In this document: one piece after another, positions 38,414 to 50,407 of the stretch
How the letters are laid out: each line of letters begins with the position of its first letter
Position numbering within the stretch: the first letter of the stretch is position 1
NCBI GenBank assembly: GCA_973851085.1
Contig: OZ316776.1
Span: forward strand, 7,812,001 to 7,876,000
Direction of reading: 5' to 3'
Length of the DNA stretch: 64,000 nt
Source of the DNA: Ptychomitrium polyphyllum
Lineage: Eukaryota
Notes under the pieces: generated by a model
Database searches by the model: none
What the model saw: only the letters and a program-made list of their open reading frames with translations
Told to the model about the DNA's origin: nothing
Position numbers and translations under genes: made by a program

Positions 38414-40890
38414 AAGGTCATCTACTACCCTCAATGGAACTTATCACTTTTTTTTAGTCTTTTCCAAAGCAATCCATCTCTAAGAAGGTAAATATTAAGA
38501 CTGATGTCTGATGTCTTTAAAAGCTTTTTCTATCTAGCCCAATTGTTTCTTTCCTGTGCTTAAATACATTCTAATATCCTTCAGTCTATCCTCATAAAGA
38601 CCTTCTTTGAAATTTTGGACCTCATTTCCAAATTGCACTCCATTAGTAGCAAAGGAATATCCATACATATTTTCTTTTTGGTCTTCACCCTTCTCATAAG
38701 CCATCATTTCTTCTCCACCATTATACTTGGCTCTAGACAACATATCTTCTATTAAATTTTCTTTGCCAGTAATGTAACTTAGAATAGAATTAAATGTTTA
38801 AATAAAGGCTATCTACCTTAACATGGCAATTTTTGAAATAGAGCAATTGGTTATCATACCAAGTAGAAATAAAGAGTCTATTTCCAAAACCACATTGGCT
38901 CCAATTAAGTGATTTCTTTTAGCCTTAATAGCAATGAGTGCTCTCTAAAGCTCTATTTTAACTTGTGGATAAGTCCTTTGCCAATCTATAAAAGTCCTTG
39001 TTTCAAACCGTATGACAAATTTCTTGCCTTCCTCATCATCTTGTCCAACAACTCATTCAATTGCTATTGGACTTGTATCCATTGTCACAACCACTAGCTT
39101 TCCATCCTGATAATCCACTTGTTTAAGGACAAGTGGAGAATTCAAAATTTTCTTCAAACTCTTCATGGACTCTTCATGTTCTTCCATTCAAATAAATTTC
39201 TTGCCTTTCCTCAACAATTGATATAGTGGCTCTAAAATGTGGGCAAAATGAGGCACCCACATATGATAAAATACACATGCACCTGAAAACCTTCTAACTT
39301 CTATGACACTGTTGCATGATTTCATTCTAGCAATAGCATCAATCTTATCTAGGTTTGGTTTTCTACCATAAATGCCACACATGTGCCTTATCACTAAAAT
39401 GTCTCTAACTCCAAAGTTTGATTTCTCTAAAGATAATGTTAGATGGACTGAGATAAGCTTCTCCAATATTTGGGTCACATCTTCAATATGTCTTGTAACA
39501 AACTCTTTGCATCCATCTGCACCAATGGTTTCATCTTTATCTTCCACTTTGCAGCCTTTCATAGGTGTATTATTCAAGAATGGAATGGTCTTCTTAGGTA
39601 TGAACTCCTTCAGTATTTGGTTCATGGCATTTTGCATATGAGCCACTGAGTCAGTTGCACCTTGAAATAAGGTGCACATTCTCATAAAACATAAAGGAGT
39701 TTTCATAATAGTATGATTTCTACTTCCTTCAACCAATTGAAATTGATCATATCCTAAATACAAGTCTCTAATAGAATAGATGGCATGGCCTGCAAATTGC
39801 TCAACTACTTCATCTACTACAACCCTAATCTCATATTTCTAATGGTTACCTTGTTTGCTAGTTGCATATCTTGAATGAACCTTAAGGCCCCTGATTTCTT
39901 AAACACTATAAACCACCTATTAGAGTATGGAACAATTGAAGGCTCTAAAATTCCCATATTTACCCTTTCTTTTAATAACTCTATCAATTTAGGAAGTAAA
40001 GTTCTTGGCACTGGAATAGGCTTCAAATCCCATGGAACATGTGGCAATGTGAAGATTACCATTGGTACCACAACACTAGGATCTATACAACCAATCTCAT
40101 CAGGAATTAAGGCAAATGCCTTACCATGTTTGATGAACATATCTTGAAACATCTTTTTCTGTAGTGTTATTAGAAAGTCACCCTCTCCAATCTTCAACTT
40201 AGCCAATGACTCCTTAGTGAATTGATGCCCAGTTTTTTGCCTTTCTTTCAATCTTGATTCTTTAAGTGCTTGATTGATGTGCTTTATAGTATCAGGTGGT
40301 AATTGAGTAGCTATTGGCTTCACCTTCTTAGCTATAGATTTATATTTGGTCTGCACCATAGCCTCATGCCTCAACCCATAACTTGTAGCAAATCCAAAGT
40401 TTGTAACTACCTCCTTAAATTCCATATAAGCTACTCTTGGATGAAGCTCTACTACTACTTCACCGTCTTCATTCATTGATACTTTTTCCACATTTTGTAC
40501 CAAACCATGGTCTAATCCTGCTTCTTCTACTACTCCTTCAACTTCTTCTTCACTCAAGATCAATCCCATCTTTTTAAGCTTTTTCTCTTATTTCCTCACT
40601 TTCTTTCTATCTAATGAACCTAAATTCTCAACTCTTTGAAAACTCACAAAACCATCAACACTCAAATCCAAAAATCCACACTCCAAACTATTTATTTTGG
40701 AATTTTTAAACTTCCTATTTGCACCCTTGTGCCCCCATTTTACAGAGGTGCTTTCTAAAAATTCAAGAACCTATTTTCTTTATCTACATGCAATTCTCTC
40801 AATTGGTCCTTATGTCTCTCATGAACAGTGAGGAACTGCACAGCCTTCTTTCCATTACTACTACAAATCCTGGCATAATGAAAACCATCA
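38414..40890 (-). mobile_element. Copied element A pol (RT/RH) and upstream sequence inside E
   Basis: ORFs 39188-39763 and 39817-40569 (YSNRWFIVFKKSGALRFIQDMQ, GYDQFQL, QGATDSVAHMQ). Positions 38414-39550 mirror 1-1137. Confidence 0.88.
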
Positions 40891-40891
40891 T

Positions 40892-41168
40892 CCAAACCTT
40901 GGAAGAAGCATATCTCCAAGAATTCTAAGTTAAATTGGACGTTTGAGGAGTCTATCAGCATCTACGTAAAGAATAAATGACGATAAAGTGGTTGTTGGAT
41001 AGATTCGGACATCAAATGTGGAAGATATGGCTCCCATAAGGTCCGCAGGAAGTCCCAAAGGCTTCCAGCGGCTAAGTCCCAAGGGAGATCGGGTGGACTT
41101 CCAAAGTTTTTGGTGTGTCTAGATTCAGCCAGCTCCAGAGGGCCAGGAGGCCTGCCAAATCCCACAAA
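40892..41168 (+). repeat. Internal fragment of a D-family LTR
   Basis: Aligns to 28039-28315 and 21430-21706 with roughly 20 substitutions. It has no LTR termini. Confidence 0.88.
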
Positions 41169-42523
41169 GTTCAAGGTTGGAGATAGCGTATGGCTCCTAC
41201 AACAAAATATACAGACAAAAAGACCATCAATGAAGTTGGACTATCAAAGGCTGGGACCGTTTGAAATCAACAAACAAATAAATCCGGTTAGTTATCGCCT
41301 AAAGCTACCACCAAGCATGCAAATTCATCCAGTATTCCACGTATCCTTGTTGGAAACCTATAACAAATCATGTATACTAGAGAAAATTATCCCTCCGCCT
41401 TTTCCGCTGGAAATCAATAATGAAATTGAATATGAAGTGGAAGAGATCTTAGATTCACGCATCAAGAACAGACGTGTGGAGTACCTTATACATTGGCAAG
41501 GATATGGCATCAATGACCGAACATGGGAACCTTCAACAAATGTAACAAATGCATCCGAGAAGGTACGCGAATTTCATCAAAGATATCCTCAGAAATCAGG
41601 TTAGTGATGATGTGTCATCAGCAGCCGTTAGCTTCACAGAGAAGTTTTTCTTTCATAGACAAGTATAAGAAGGGAGGAGAGATATCCAAACCTCCAATTG
41701 TATGCATCATTATTTCCAAGATAGATCATTTCTAGATCCTAGCCAGCATGTCAAATCTTTGTGTTATAATGGATATGCGTGAAGAGGAGTCGGCCATGCC
41801 TTCATCAACAACAGCATCTGTTGAACCAACTCAACTTTTTCAGCCCTCGGTAACGAAGGATCTAAGTCAAGATATGAGAGGGACATCCCAACGTCGAGTA
41901 CGACCTCGTGCAGAAGTATTGACTAGTCGCCCTTCACATTCCAGTCTTGATTCAGATGCTCGCGCTCTAGTCATCTTGTTAGAAATTGGAAGAGTCACTC
42001 CTGGAGGATCCGAAATCTTGTTTGGAGGATGTTTTGAAGGACTTAATCAAGATCAGATCTTGAAATGGGACATTTCAACAACAAAAGTCTTGGCTGGTGG
42101 TCATTGACGCTTCTTGCAAGGACCAGTTGAACCAGTGAACAAAGAACAACAAGCAGAGTATGTTGCTTCACTCCTTCGACAAATTTTGGAATTTGTGGAA
42201 ATGTGATGAGCAAGCCAAGAAAAAGCTCCTCATGGAACTCGTCGCTAAATGGGGAGGTGATGTCACGGACATAGATCATGCAACATAGTCCTTAGAACAA
42301 TCTAGAACCTTCTAGTATACTATAATAGCTTCTTAGAATACTTTTAGATGTCTCCATAGTCTTTTCCATGTTCTTAGGAAACTTCCTAGGAAAGTTCCTG
42401 CACCTTAGGAAACTTCCTATGAAGGTTCCATCACCTTAGAAAACTTCCTAGGAAGGTTCCATCACCTTATGAAACTTCCTAAGAAGGTTCCGCTACCTTA
42501 GGAAACTTCCAAGGAAGATTCCA
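41165..42523 (+). repeat. Direct duplicate of 36716-38073 (integrase end, chromodomain, ORF3, PPT, LTR start), offset 4450
   Basis: ORFs are identical apart from SNPs near 42108 and 42178. Confidence 0.95.
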
Positions 42524-45500
42524 TCATCTTAGGAAACTTCCTAGGAAGATTCTACTTCTTTAGGAAACTTCCTAAGAAGGTTCCGCTACCTTTGGAAACT
42601 TCCAAGGAAGGTTCCAATTCCTTGGAAGACTCTTAGGAAGGTTCTTTAGACTTCCAAAACATTCTTAAGCCTTGTAGGAAGCTTCTTTAGAAGTATCCTA
42701 GGAGATACAAACGTCATAGTATAAATAGGAGGCAAGACAAGGTATTGCTTAGTCTTGCCAACACAAGTTGTGGATCATCTTGAATCCTGCCTTGTTTCTG
42801 TCTTTGTATCAAGTCCTTGTCAATCATTAGCTCTTTGGAAGCTAATTCTTGGAAAACACTTCGTTTCTGCTTCTTGTTTCTTGTGTCCCTAACACCCTCA
42901 ATTCTCTTGGTTGAGGGTTTAAGTACTAAATTCAAGTTCCTACAAAAGTAAATCAACATCTGTTTGTCTGAAATTAATAGACTACTTCTTATCATCTAGT
43001 AGTTACCATTGGAGGATGTCCAATAGTACCAATAGGGGAAGATCAATAGAAAAAGTTCGGTAGTACCAAGTTTAACACTTGGTAGCTCGATAACAATTGG
43101 CCTCTTACAATCACAAAAATTCTTGATATAGACTTTGAATATTTCCATTCCATTCTCTAGCTAAAGAAGTATGCTGCTATAAATTGTTGGTAGTGTTGAT
43201 GCTATAAATTGTTGGTAGTGTTGAAGCAAGCAAGCTCTGTTTGAACTATTTTTATTAAATCTTGAAGATCTGCAATAATTACAAACCTATTTTATGCTGC
43301 TTCTTGTACATCATTTATTTATACTTAAAATTGTTAGAGAGAGAATTAGATTATGAATATCTTCAAATGAGGATAATTAATGTCATTTGAAAGATTAATC
43401 CTTCTTTAAAAGAACTAGCATTTGCTTTTTAGAAGATAAACTTATGGTACCAACTTATGTTATCAGATTAGAGAAAAATAATCCGCAACCTCCAAAGCGT
43501 TATAGGATTTTTAAAAAGATGGGTAATTCACTATCTTCTTCAAAAAACTTTAGCTTTGACAAAGATGAAAAGTAATCTTACCAATTGTTAGGAACACTAG
43601 AAACAAGAAATAGACACAAAGTGGTTTTCAAGAATTAGCTTCCAAAGAGCTAATGATTAACAAGAATTGATACAAAAACTAGAACAAAGATACAATATAA
43701 TATGATCCACAGTTTATATTGGTAAATCTAAGGTATACCTTGTCTTACTTCCTATTTATACCATAACACTTGTATTTCTTAGAATACTTCTAAAAAAACT
43801 TCCTATGAAGCTTAAGAATGTTTTAAAAGCCTATGAAACCTTCCTAAGAATTTTATAAAAAAGTGGAACAACTATAAAAGCATTGAAAGTATTTTAAGAA
43901 ACTATTATAATATACCATAAGGTTCTAAAAAGTTGTAAAGATTATATTACATAATCTATGTCCATGATAGAATGCATATTATTTGAAATTAAAGAAAGGC
44001 ACTTAGAATAAATGTAAACAAGAATCTAAAACGAGGAAGTATTGAATAGGAAACTATACAATAATAAAAATTAAAAAATATAAATGAATATTATTATATA
44101 TACTATTAAATTACTTTTATATCCTATATATTTTTGTGTGAGAATATATATATATATAGATGGATCTTTTTAGATTTTCAATAGTGTTCTTTTTAGATTT
44201 GAAATTTTTTTTTACAAGCATATTATGGATATTGTTTTTATTAAAAAGTTGTTGATAGGTAACAATAGATATATTTGAAAAACATCCAATTCTCATTTTT
44301 AGTTTGAAATCTCTAACATACAAAATCATCATTTGGAAATTGTAATTTATGTATAAATTTTATTATTGAATGGATGTTAAAGGTTGTTTCTATTTTTTTA
44401 TGCATACAAAACACATTAATGCATGTTTAGCTTGAATTTTTATTAATAATATTAATGTATTTGACAAGTTATATTTAGGTAAAGTATTAACAAGAATACA
44501 TAGGAAATGCATGCAAGACAAAGAAGTTAAGCCACCAAACCCTTTATATTGCAAGTAAAACATGATTGAACAGATTTGATTTTGCAAAGGAAACATGACC
44601 ATAAAAAGATTAATGTAGAATGTGAGCTATTGCCACAACAACTTGGTGTGAATGACAATGATGAAGACATTTAGAATTATTCAACTAAAGATCCTTGTAT
44701 TTTATTCATTAACTTTATAATCATCATTGCCAAAGATGGATTAATGGTGCTCAAAATCAATTCTCCATACCATAGAAATAGGCATTTCATCAATTACATC
44801 TCTTATCACAAGAATCTTTTTTTAAATGATGAAGACTATGTATGCTTGAAAAGTGACTTCTACTATGTAGTTAATTTTTTTTAACCATTTTATTCTACAT
44901 TATTTTTAATACCTTATAATAACATAGTTTTTTATTATATTTGGAATTTTCTTATGAATTCCAAACTACCAAATTCATGGAAAGCACCTACATTTCAATT
45001 TGAATTATGGCTTTATATTATGAATATCACAATGATTTGGCTAAGCTTTTTACGTTTTGAAAGTGAGATTGATCTTGTAAAAATGGTTCAAGAGAGACTA
45101 TGAATTAGAAAGATTTCCTTCTTTATTTTGTTGTTGTGCACTAGTTTTCATTTCCTTTCTGATTGGGAATGAAAATCACTTCATACAAATTTAAGCTGAA
45201 GCTATGAGGGATATGAGGAATGTACAGTATTTCTGTACATTGACTTACTATATGCAAATGGTAGGTCACGCTGCTTGTATAGATACTAATTCACTTCTCG
45301 GTTCATTTTCTAGCCAGATGGACAGACAACTATTGAAAGACCTCAAGAGTGAGTTCCTCTTTTGTCTCTTCCTTCAGGCGTTCAATGATGAGATAGGCAG
45401 TGTTTCTGAATCACTACTCCGAGAAGAAATGTAGCAAAGCCTCTATCTTCAAGTTTGAGAAAGTTGCAGCAATCCTTGCACAGAATGCCTTGCTTATGCT

Positions 45501-48500
45501 TAAATAATGTGAATTGATCTGCTTACTTGTTGCTTTGCATTGTTACATGGCAATAGATCCCCAATTATGGAGACCACCCTTAGCTTGAATGCAAGAAGGG
45601 AGTGTAGATAAAATCTACCGCATATTTTGTGGTTGAGTGGTGTCTATTCTAAAATAAAAACCGCTTTGGTTGTTTAAATTGCCAAGGTGGCCCCAGTGAC
45701 AATTTGGGGTCATAGGTCCCATGTTTGACGTAATTTAAGCGCAAAATAGCTCCAAAATTCCCAGATTTAGTAAACCAAAAGAACGGGCCCCTTCTTGCAT
45801 TGAAGTCAAGGTACTCTAATACAAGGGCCAGTAGATAACTTCACAGGGTTTTGATGCACAGCTGGAGCTCAAATCCGATCAAATTAATCCAAAGAATCTC
45901 GTTCCTACATTTAGACGGCACATTAACAAAATTAGCAATAATTTAGACTTTCGAATTTCTTCGTCGGTTTTTAGTTGCCAAGCCATCAGCTTGGAGATGG
46001 TTCCTAAGGCGGCAGGTGCAATGTACAGGATCTGCTGTTTTTTGCTTGCAACATCTTCAAACTTAGTCATTGATAGTCCTATTTGAAATTTCAGAAATTC
46101 AAGCCAGCAGCATTCTTATAATCAGGCACTCTTGTAGGGCACCTTTTAAAACCCATTAAAGTTTGGATTGCGTGTTACTGAATGGAGTAACCTGCACAGA
46201 AGTCCGGTAGGGCTTATGAAGCAAACTCCAGTCCCTTTTGAGCGGCTGTTGTGAATTGAGTGTCTATTTTTCATTAGCATGTATCTCAGTTCAATTCTAT
46301 GAAAAGCATTATAGCAGGGGTATTGCCTTTCAAATAAAGGTAGATATCATGTCAATTGTAACCAAAAACATATAGCATCCAATAGAAAGGGGTGTGAACT
46401 TAATGTGTGGTAGTGATCACCAAGCCATGAGCTTTCATTGTTAGTTGGATGAAAGCTTGTATCTCATGTATCTACTCCATACTCCATGTTTTGATAAAAA
46501 AAACATTTTTCTTTCATTAGTTGTATAATTTTACACAAATCAATCAAATTTGTCTTTCAGTTAATTCAAATTATCTAAGAATCGCTTGTAACATTTTCAA
46601 ATTACTCAAAGAAATGAAGTTGCTTTTAACAAACTTGCAAGCCCTCTTAATATGCTAAAATGATGGATTTGATCCATGAACAAGGTTTTATGCAACATTA
46701 AATTGTAAATCAAGATGAATATTTATGAATTATTAATTGTCAAAATTATGTAATTTAGCATCATTATTAAATCATGATCCACAAAATTAAATCTATAAAA
46801 TTAGTCATAATAAAATGTAGTGATGATTTTTAACATTTATTTACTTATACTAAAAAGAAGGCATAGCAATCTTTAGGGAAAGCATCTAGTTTCCTAAAAT
46901 CAAAGGGGCTAAAGCCTCTTTTACTCTACGTTTCCTTTAAAGTAGAATTGACTTTGGTAAATATATTATTATCACAGAAAAACATGATAGGATAAAGTCA
47001 CAGTATAAACAATTTTAAACTACCAAAGTATGGCTGAGGAGGTTGAGAACTGGAGCAACTGAGGAAGGGCCACTTACAAAGGTTCACTTCAAAACCCAGG
47101 GGTGCTCTACAATAAGGTTTCTGTACACAGAGTGATCGAGAGTCAAAACCTGTACTAAATTGTTCCTTTCAATATGTTTTGTTGCATTTCTGGATGCAGC
47201 AGAGTTAGCAAGACTTTGTGCTTGTACCAAGTAGCTCCTTTCAATACCTTTTGTTATTTTGTGGCTACTGTGTCATGTCATTGTTGAATATATCTGTATA
47301 TGTAGACATCATCCAGCTACCTGAAAGGAACTCACCTTTTTGATGGACTAAGAATCATCGGCCCTCATTATCAAAGCATTTGATGATGCCCACAGTTGAT
47401 TTGATAACCTCTAATGTATGAAAGGCTTAAAAGTTGGATGAATTTACACTCCTTGTTTGCTGCTCCCCTTCATACAACACATTGTAAAGTTTGAATGCTT
47501 TTTCCTGGCCACTGACCATAGTTGATCATAGTGGAAACATTCAAAGAAGTGTTAATTAGAGAATACAGTATAAAGGTGTACATGTACTCCAAGGCCTGAC
47601 CATGTAAATTTGAAAAATGAGAAGATGATTTGGACAAAGAAAATTGATGTTAGACTGCACACCAATGTCACTGGGATTGATAGAGACGGGCAAGCAGCCA
47701 CTGTACATGCAGAAGGAAGAACTGCAAATTCTGGAGGGATAAATGGACCAATACCACTTATTGTATACACTGGCTAAGACCAGCTAACCCACTAGGTTTG
47801 TTTCAGTAATGATACAAGTGGCACAACCCAAAGCTAGTTGCTTGGACACTGTGCTTCTTATGCTTTCATAAGTTAGCAACAATTTTGAACAGAACTCAAA
47901 ATGAGTTGTGAGTATGGACGTCATCCTTTCCTAACAATTCTTTTAGTGTCACTTCTAGGCCATTTTTCTAAGAAGTTATTTATCACTGACTGGTCATGCT
48001 TGAATTGAATTGGCAGTTTGCGTATCAAGTAACTTGCATACACTTGGCCCTTAACAAGCTCTGCAACTCACATGGGCACTACAGTAGAACAATCCATCAC
48101 CATTATAATATAGAATGTGATTTTTTCAAACATTGTTAGACATGGAAAACTGATCAACCATTAAGTATCCAAAAATAATTTATGGCTTCCATTCATAATC
48201 ATCCAAGATTTACTTAGTAACCATCATGCACTAAGCCTATATCCATTATCCACCATATGTTTTCATCCAATGACTACTATAAATTCATCCTCCTTCTCAT
48301 TACTACAATTCTATAATCCCATTTCCACCTAATTTCATCTCTTTTATTACTATCTTTTATTTGCGTTTCATTCCATCTTATTTTTGGTAGTTATTACAAG
48401 TATGCTCAATGATTAATACTTTGTATATTACAAATAGTTATAAATAAAAAGTGGCTATCAAATGTTCTACCTTTTGTATACACAAGTAGAAAGTCAATTG

Positions 48501-50407
48501 AATTCAAAAAGAAACTTAATTTATATTTTACTTTTACATGCAAGGATATCAAGTACATCACATTAAATTACACAGTAGTGCTTAAATTACTATTTAGATT
48601 GTATGACTTAGAAGCATTTATCAATTTTATTAGAACAAATGGAGAGATTTTTATATGATTAATTTTTGTTTTCTTTATCATCTTTCTATAATCAATTATA
48701 TATGACATCTAAAAATTCTTTAATTTTAAAAAAGATTAAACTTTGTTTAAAAGTATAAAATAGTGTACAAAATTCATGATTTATCTAATGTCATTAAAGC
48801 TTTTGGTGTCATTTATGAATTTAAATTGATTTCATCTTAGTCTCTTAATATAGGCACACTAATAGTATACTACATTAATAGTGTGATTTTTACACTCACT
48901 ATTTGATGAAGATGAAATTTTGTAATAAAACCAAGAGATATAGATTTTATTCTTTTAAATTATCTAATTTGATAATAATATCCATTAAGAATAAAGTGTT
49001 ACCAAAACTTTAAATCTATTAATATGGATGACGTTAAATTTAGGATAATACAATTCATGATGGAATCCTAGAAAGTATATACCATATCAACACATCAACA
49101 CAGACTCTAGTGAACAATCCTAGTCGTGTAAGGCCTTGACCAAATGAAGTACCCAGGGTCAAAATCGGCAACTTTATGCAGAATAATTCATGTGTAAAAT
49201 TACAATTCGACATATTAAATATTCCATAAATCTGTTTTTCTTCGCAAAAAGACAATCTGCAATGTTTTCCGGAAACTATGTTTAGAAATATTCATTGTCG
49301 AACCTGACCCTTGAATACGATAACTAATAACTTAAAATGTTCAGTTCTTACAGGAATCAAAACTATCTAGAGACTATTGCAGTACACTAGAGGAAGCAGA
49401 CGCATATTAGCCATGCTTTCAAGTGAGACTCATTGATATCTACAGTCTCGAAAGTTCGTGTCTTACAAGGTTTACCAACAGTTAACCTTCCCAAGGTCAC
49501 AACATTCACCGCTCCAATCATGCAGGATCACCGTCTCAAAGCGTAAAATAGTTTGACCACAGCGCTCTTGCTTTTCGTTTCAACATGCACGATGGTGTTA
49601 CAGTCATTTTGAATTGCTCTCTACACAGTAACAAATTCACTTCAGCATAAGTTCTTAGGACAACAAATTGAGGACTGTTTACTTCAGGCAGTCGCCAGGA
49701 AAATCGGTGATTCAGTCATATATCTCGTCTCGATAGGTATGTTCAAGTATATTGCACTTGTGAGCTCACTCCCTTCGATTTAATTCTTATCTATATTACC
49801 CTCCGGATAAGTATCACCGCACTTCCCACAAATATTCAAGAGTAATGCTCAGAATGAAACTTGTCATGTAAGCAACCAATTGCCTCCAGTTGAGGTTGCG
49901 TAGTCTATTTGGCTGAAAGAAGAGTAATGAGTACAAGCTCTGTGACAAAAAAAAATCAATTTCCCTTTCTCAAGCAGTACGTTACATTGTCAAGTAAGAT
50001 GGTAACGATCTCAGGGCATTTTCAGCCTTCTTTAAAAGACTCAGAAAATCTGCCTCACCATCTAAGAATTCTACCCACCACGAATAAATGTTAGCTTTAG
50101 CAAAACTAAAAACCGCATACCACTTCTTCCTTCCGCAGGCCACGTGTTTTATGGATAATATTTCTATAAATGTCACATTTCTCAACAGAAAGTTTTTGTG
50201 GACTATTATCATTTATCATATGTACAGTACAAACGCAGCAATTTCTCTGGCTTGACTTTACCAATGGGAAGGACATAAAGTATGTTTGGGGTCCATAGAT
50301 CTACGTCATCTATTCGCCACACTGACAGACATACAATACGTTACCAATACGAAAGGAATGTGGCCACTTCATGGTCCGGCCATATTTTAAAACCGTCGCA
50401 GAAGCTA

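Larger units (their letters stand above)
32081..39550. repeat. Inverted duplication of window positions 1-~7470 (position x pairs with 39551-x)
   Basis: Mirrored ORF pairs sum to 39551. Only scattered SNPs differ (GDID/GDTD, TYTA/TYAA, NSNSK/NSDSK). All stop codons are shared. Confidence 0.97.
31740..42894 (+). mobile_element. Composite E: three-LTR rearranged element containing an inverted copy of F and its flank
   Basis: LTRs at 31740-32416, 37811-38413 and 42261-42894. Exact TSD CCCTC at 31735-31739 and 42895-42899 flanks the outer LTRs only. Confidence 0.9.
31369..43095. mobile_element. Solo LTR of a third family (~570 bp: 31369-31739 plus 42900-43095), split by composite E
   Basis: TG (31369) to CA (43095) ends. 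Exact TSD ATTGG at 31364-31368 and 43096-43100 inside C gag. Confidence 0.85.
13699..43969 (-). mobile_element. Element C: old full-length Tcn1-like chromovirus expanded to 30 kb by nested insertions
   Basis: 3' LTR 13699-14587 and 5' LTR 43586-43969, with exact TSD GAATG at 13694-13698 and 43970-43974. Internal pieces 14588-18544, 19688-19923, 28838-~29002, ~30910-31368 and 43096-43585 are collinear with F. Confidence 0.9.

Noticed and set aside
31740..42894. E as a retrotransposon-mediated 3' transduction
   Set aside because: The outer LTRs differ from each other in both U3 and U5, while the interior is nearly identical to the donor. Reverse transcription would have made the LTRs identical.
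43175..43224. 25-bp tandem duplication in C gag
   Set aside because: Ordinary slippage in a dead element.
46131..47113. Short inverted match (ttgtagggcacc / ggtgctctacaa) as MITE TIRs
   Set aside because: Only about 12 bp with a mismatch, and no TSD; could be chance.
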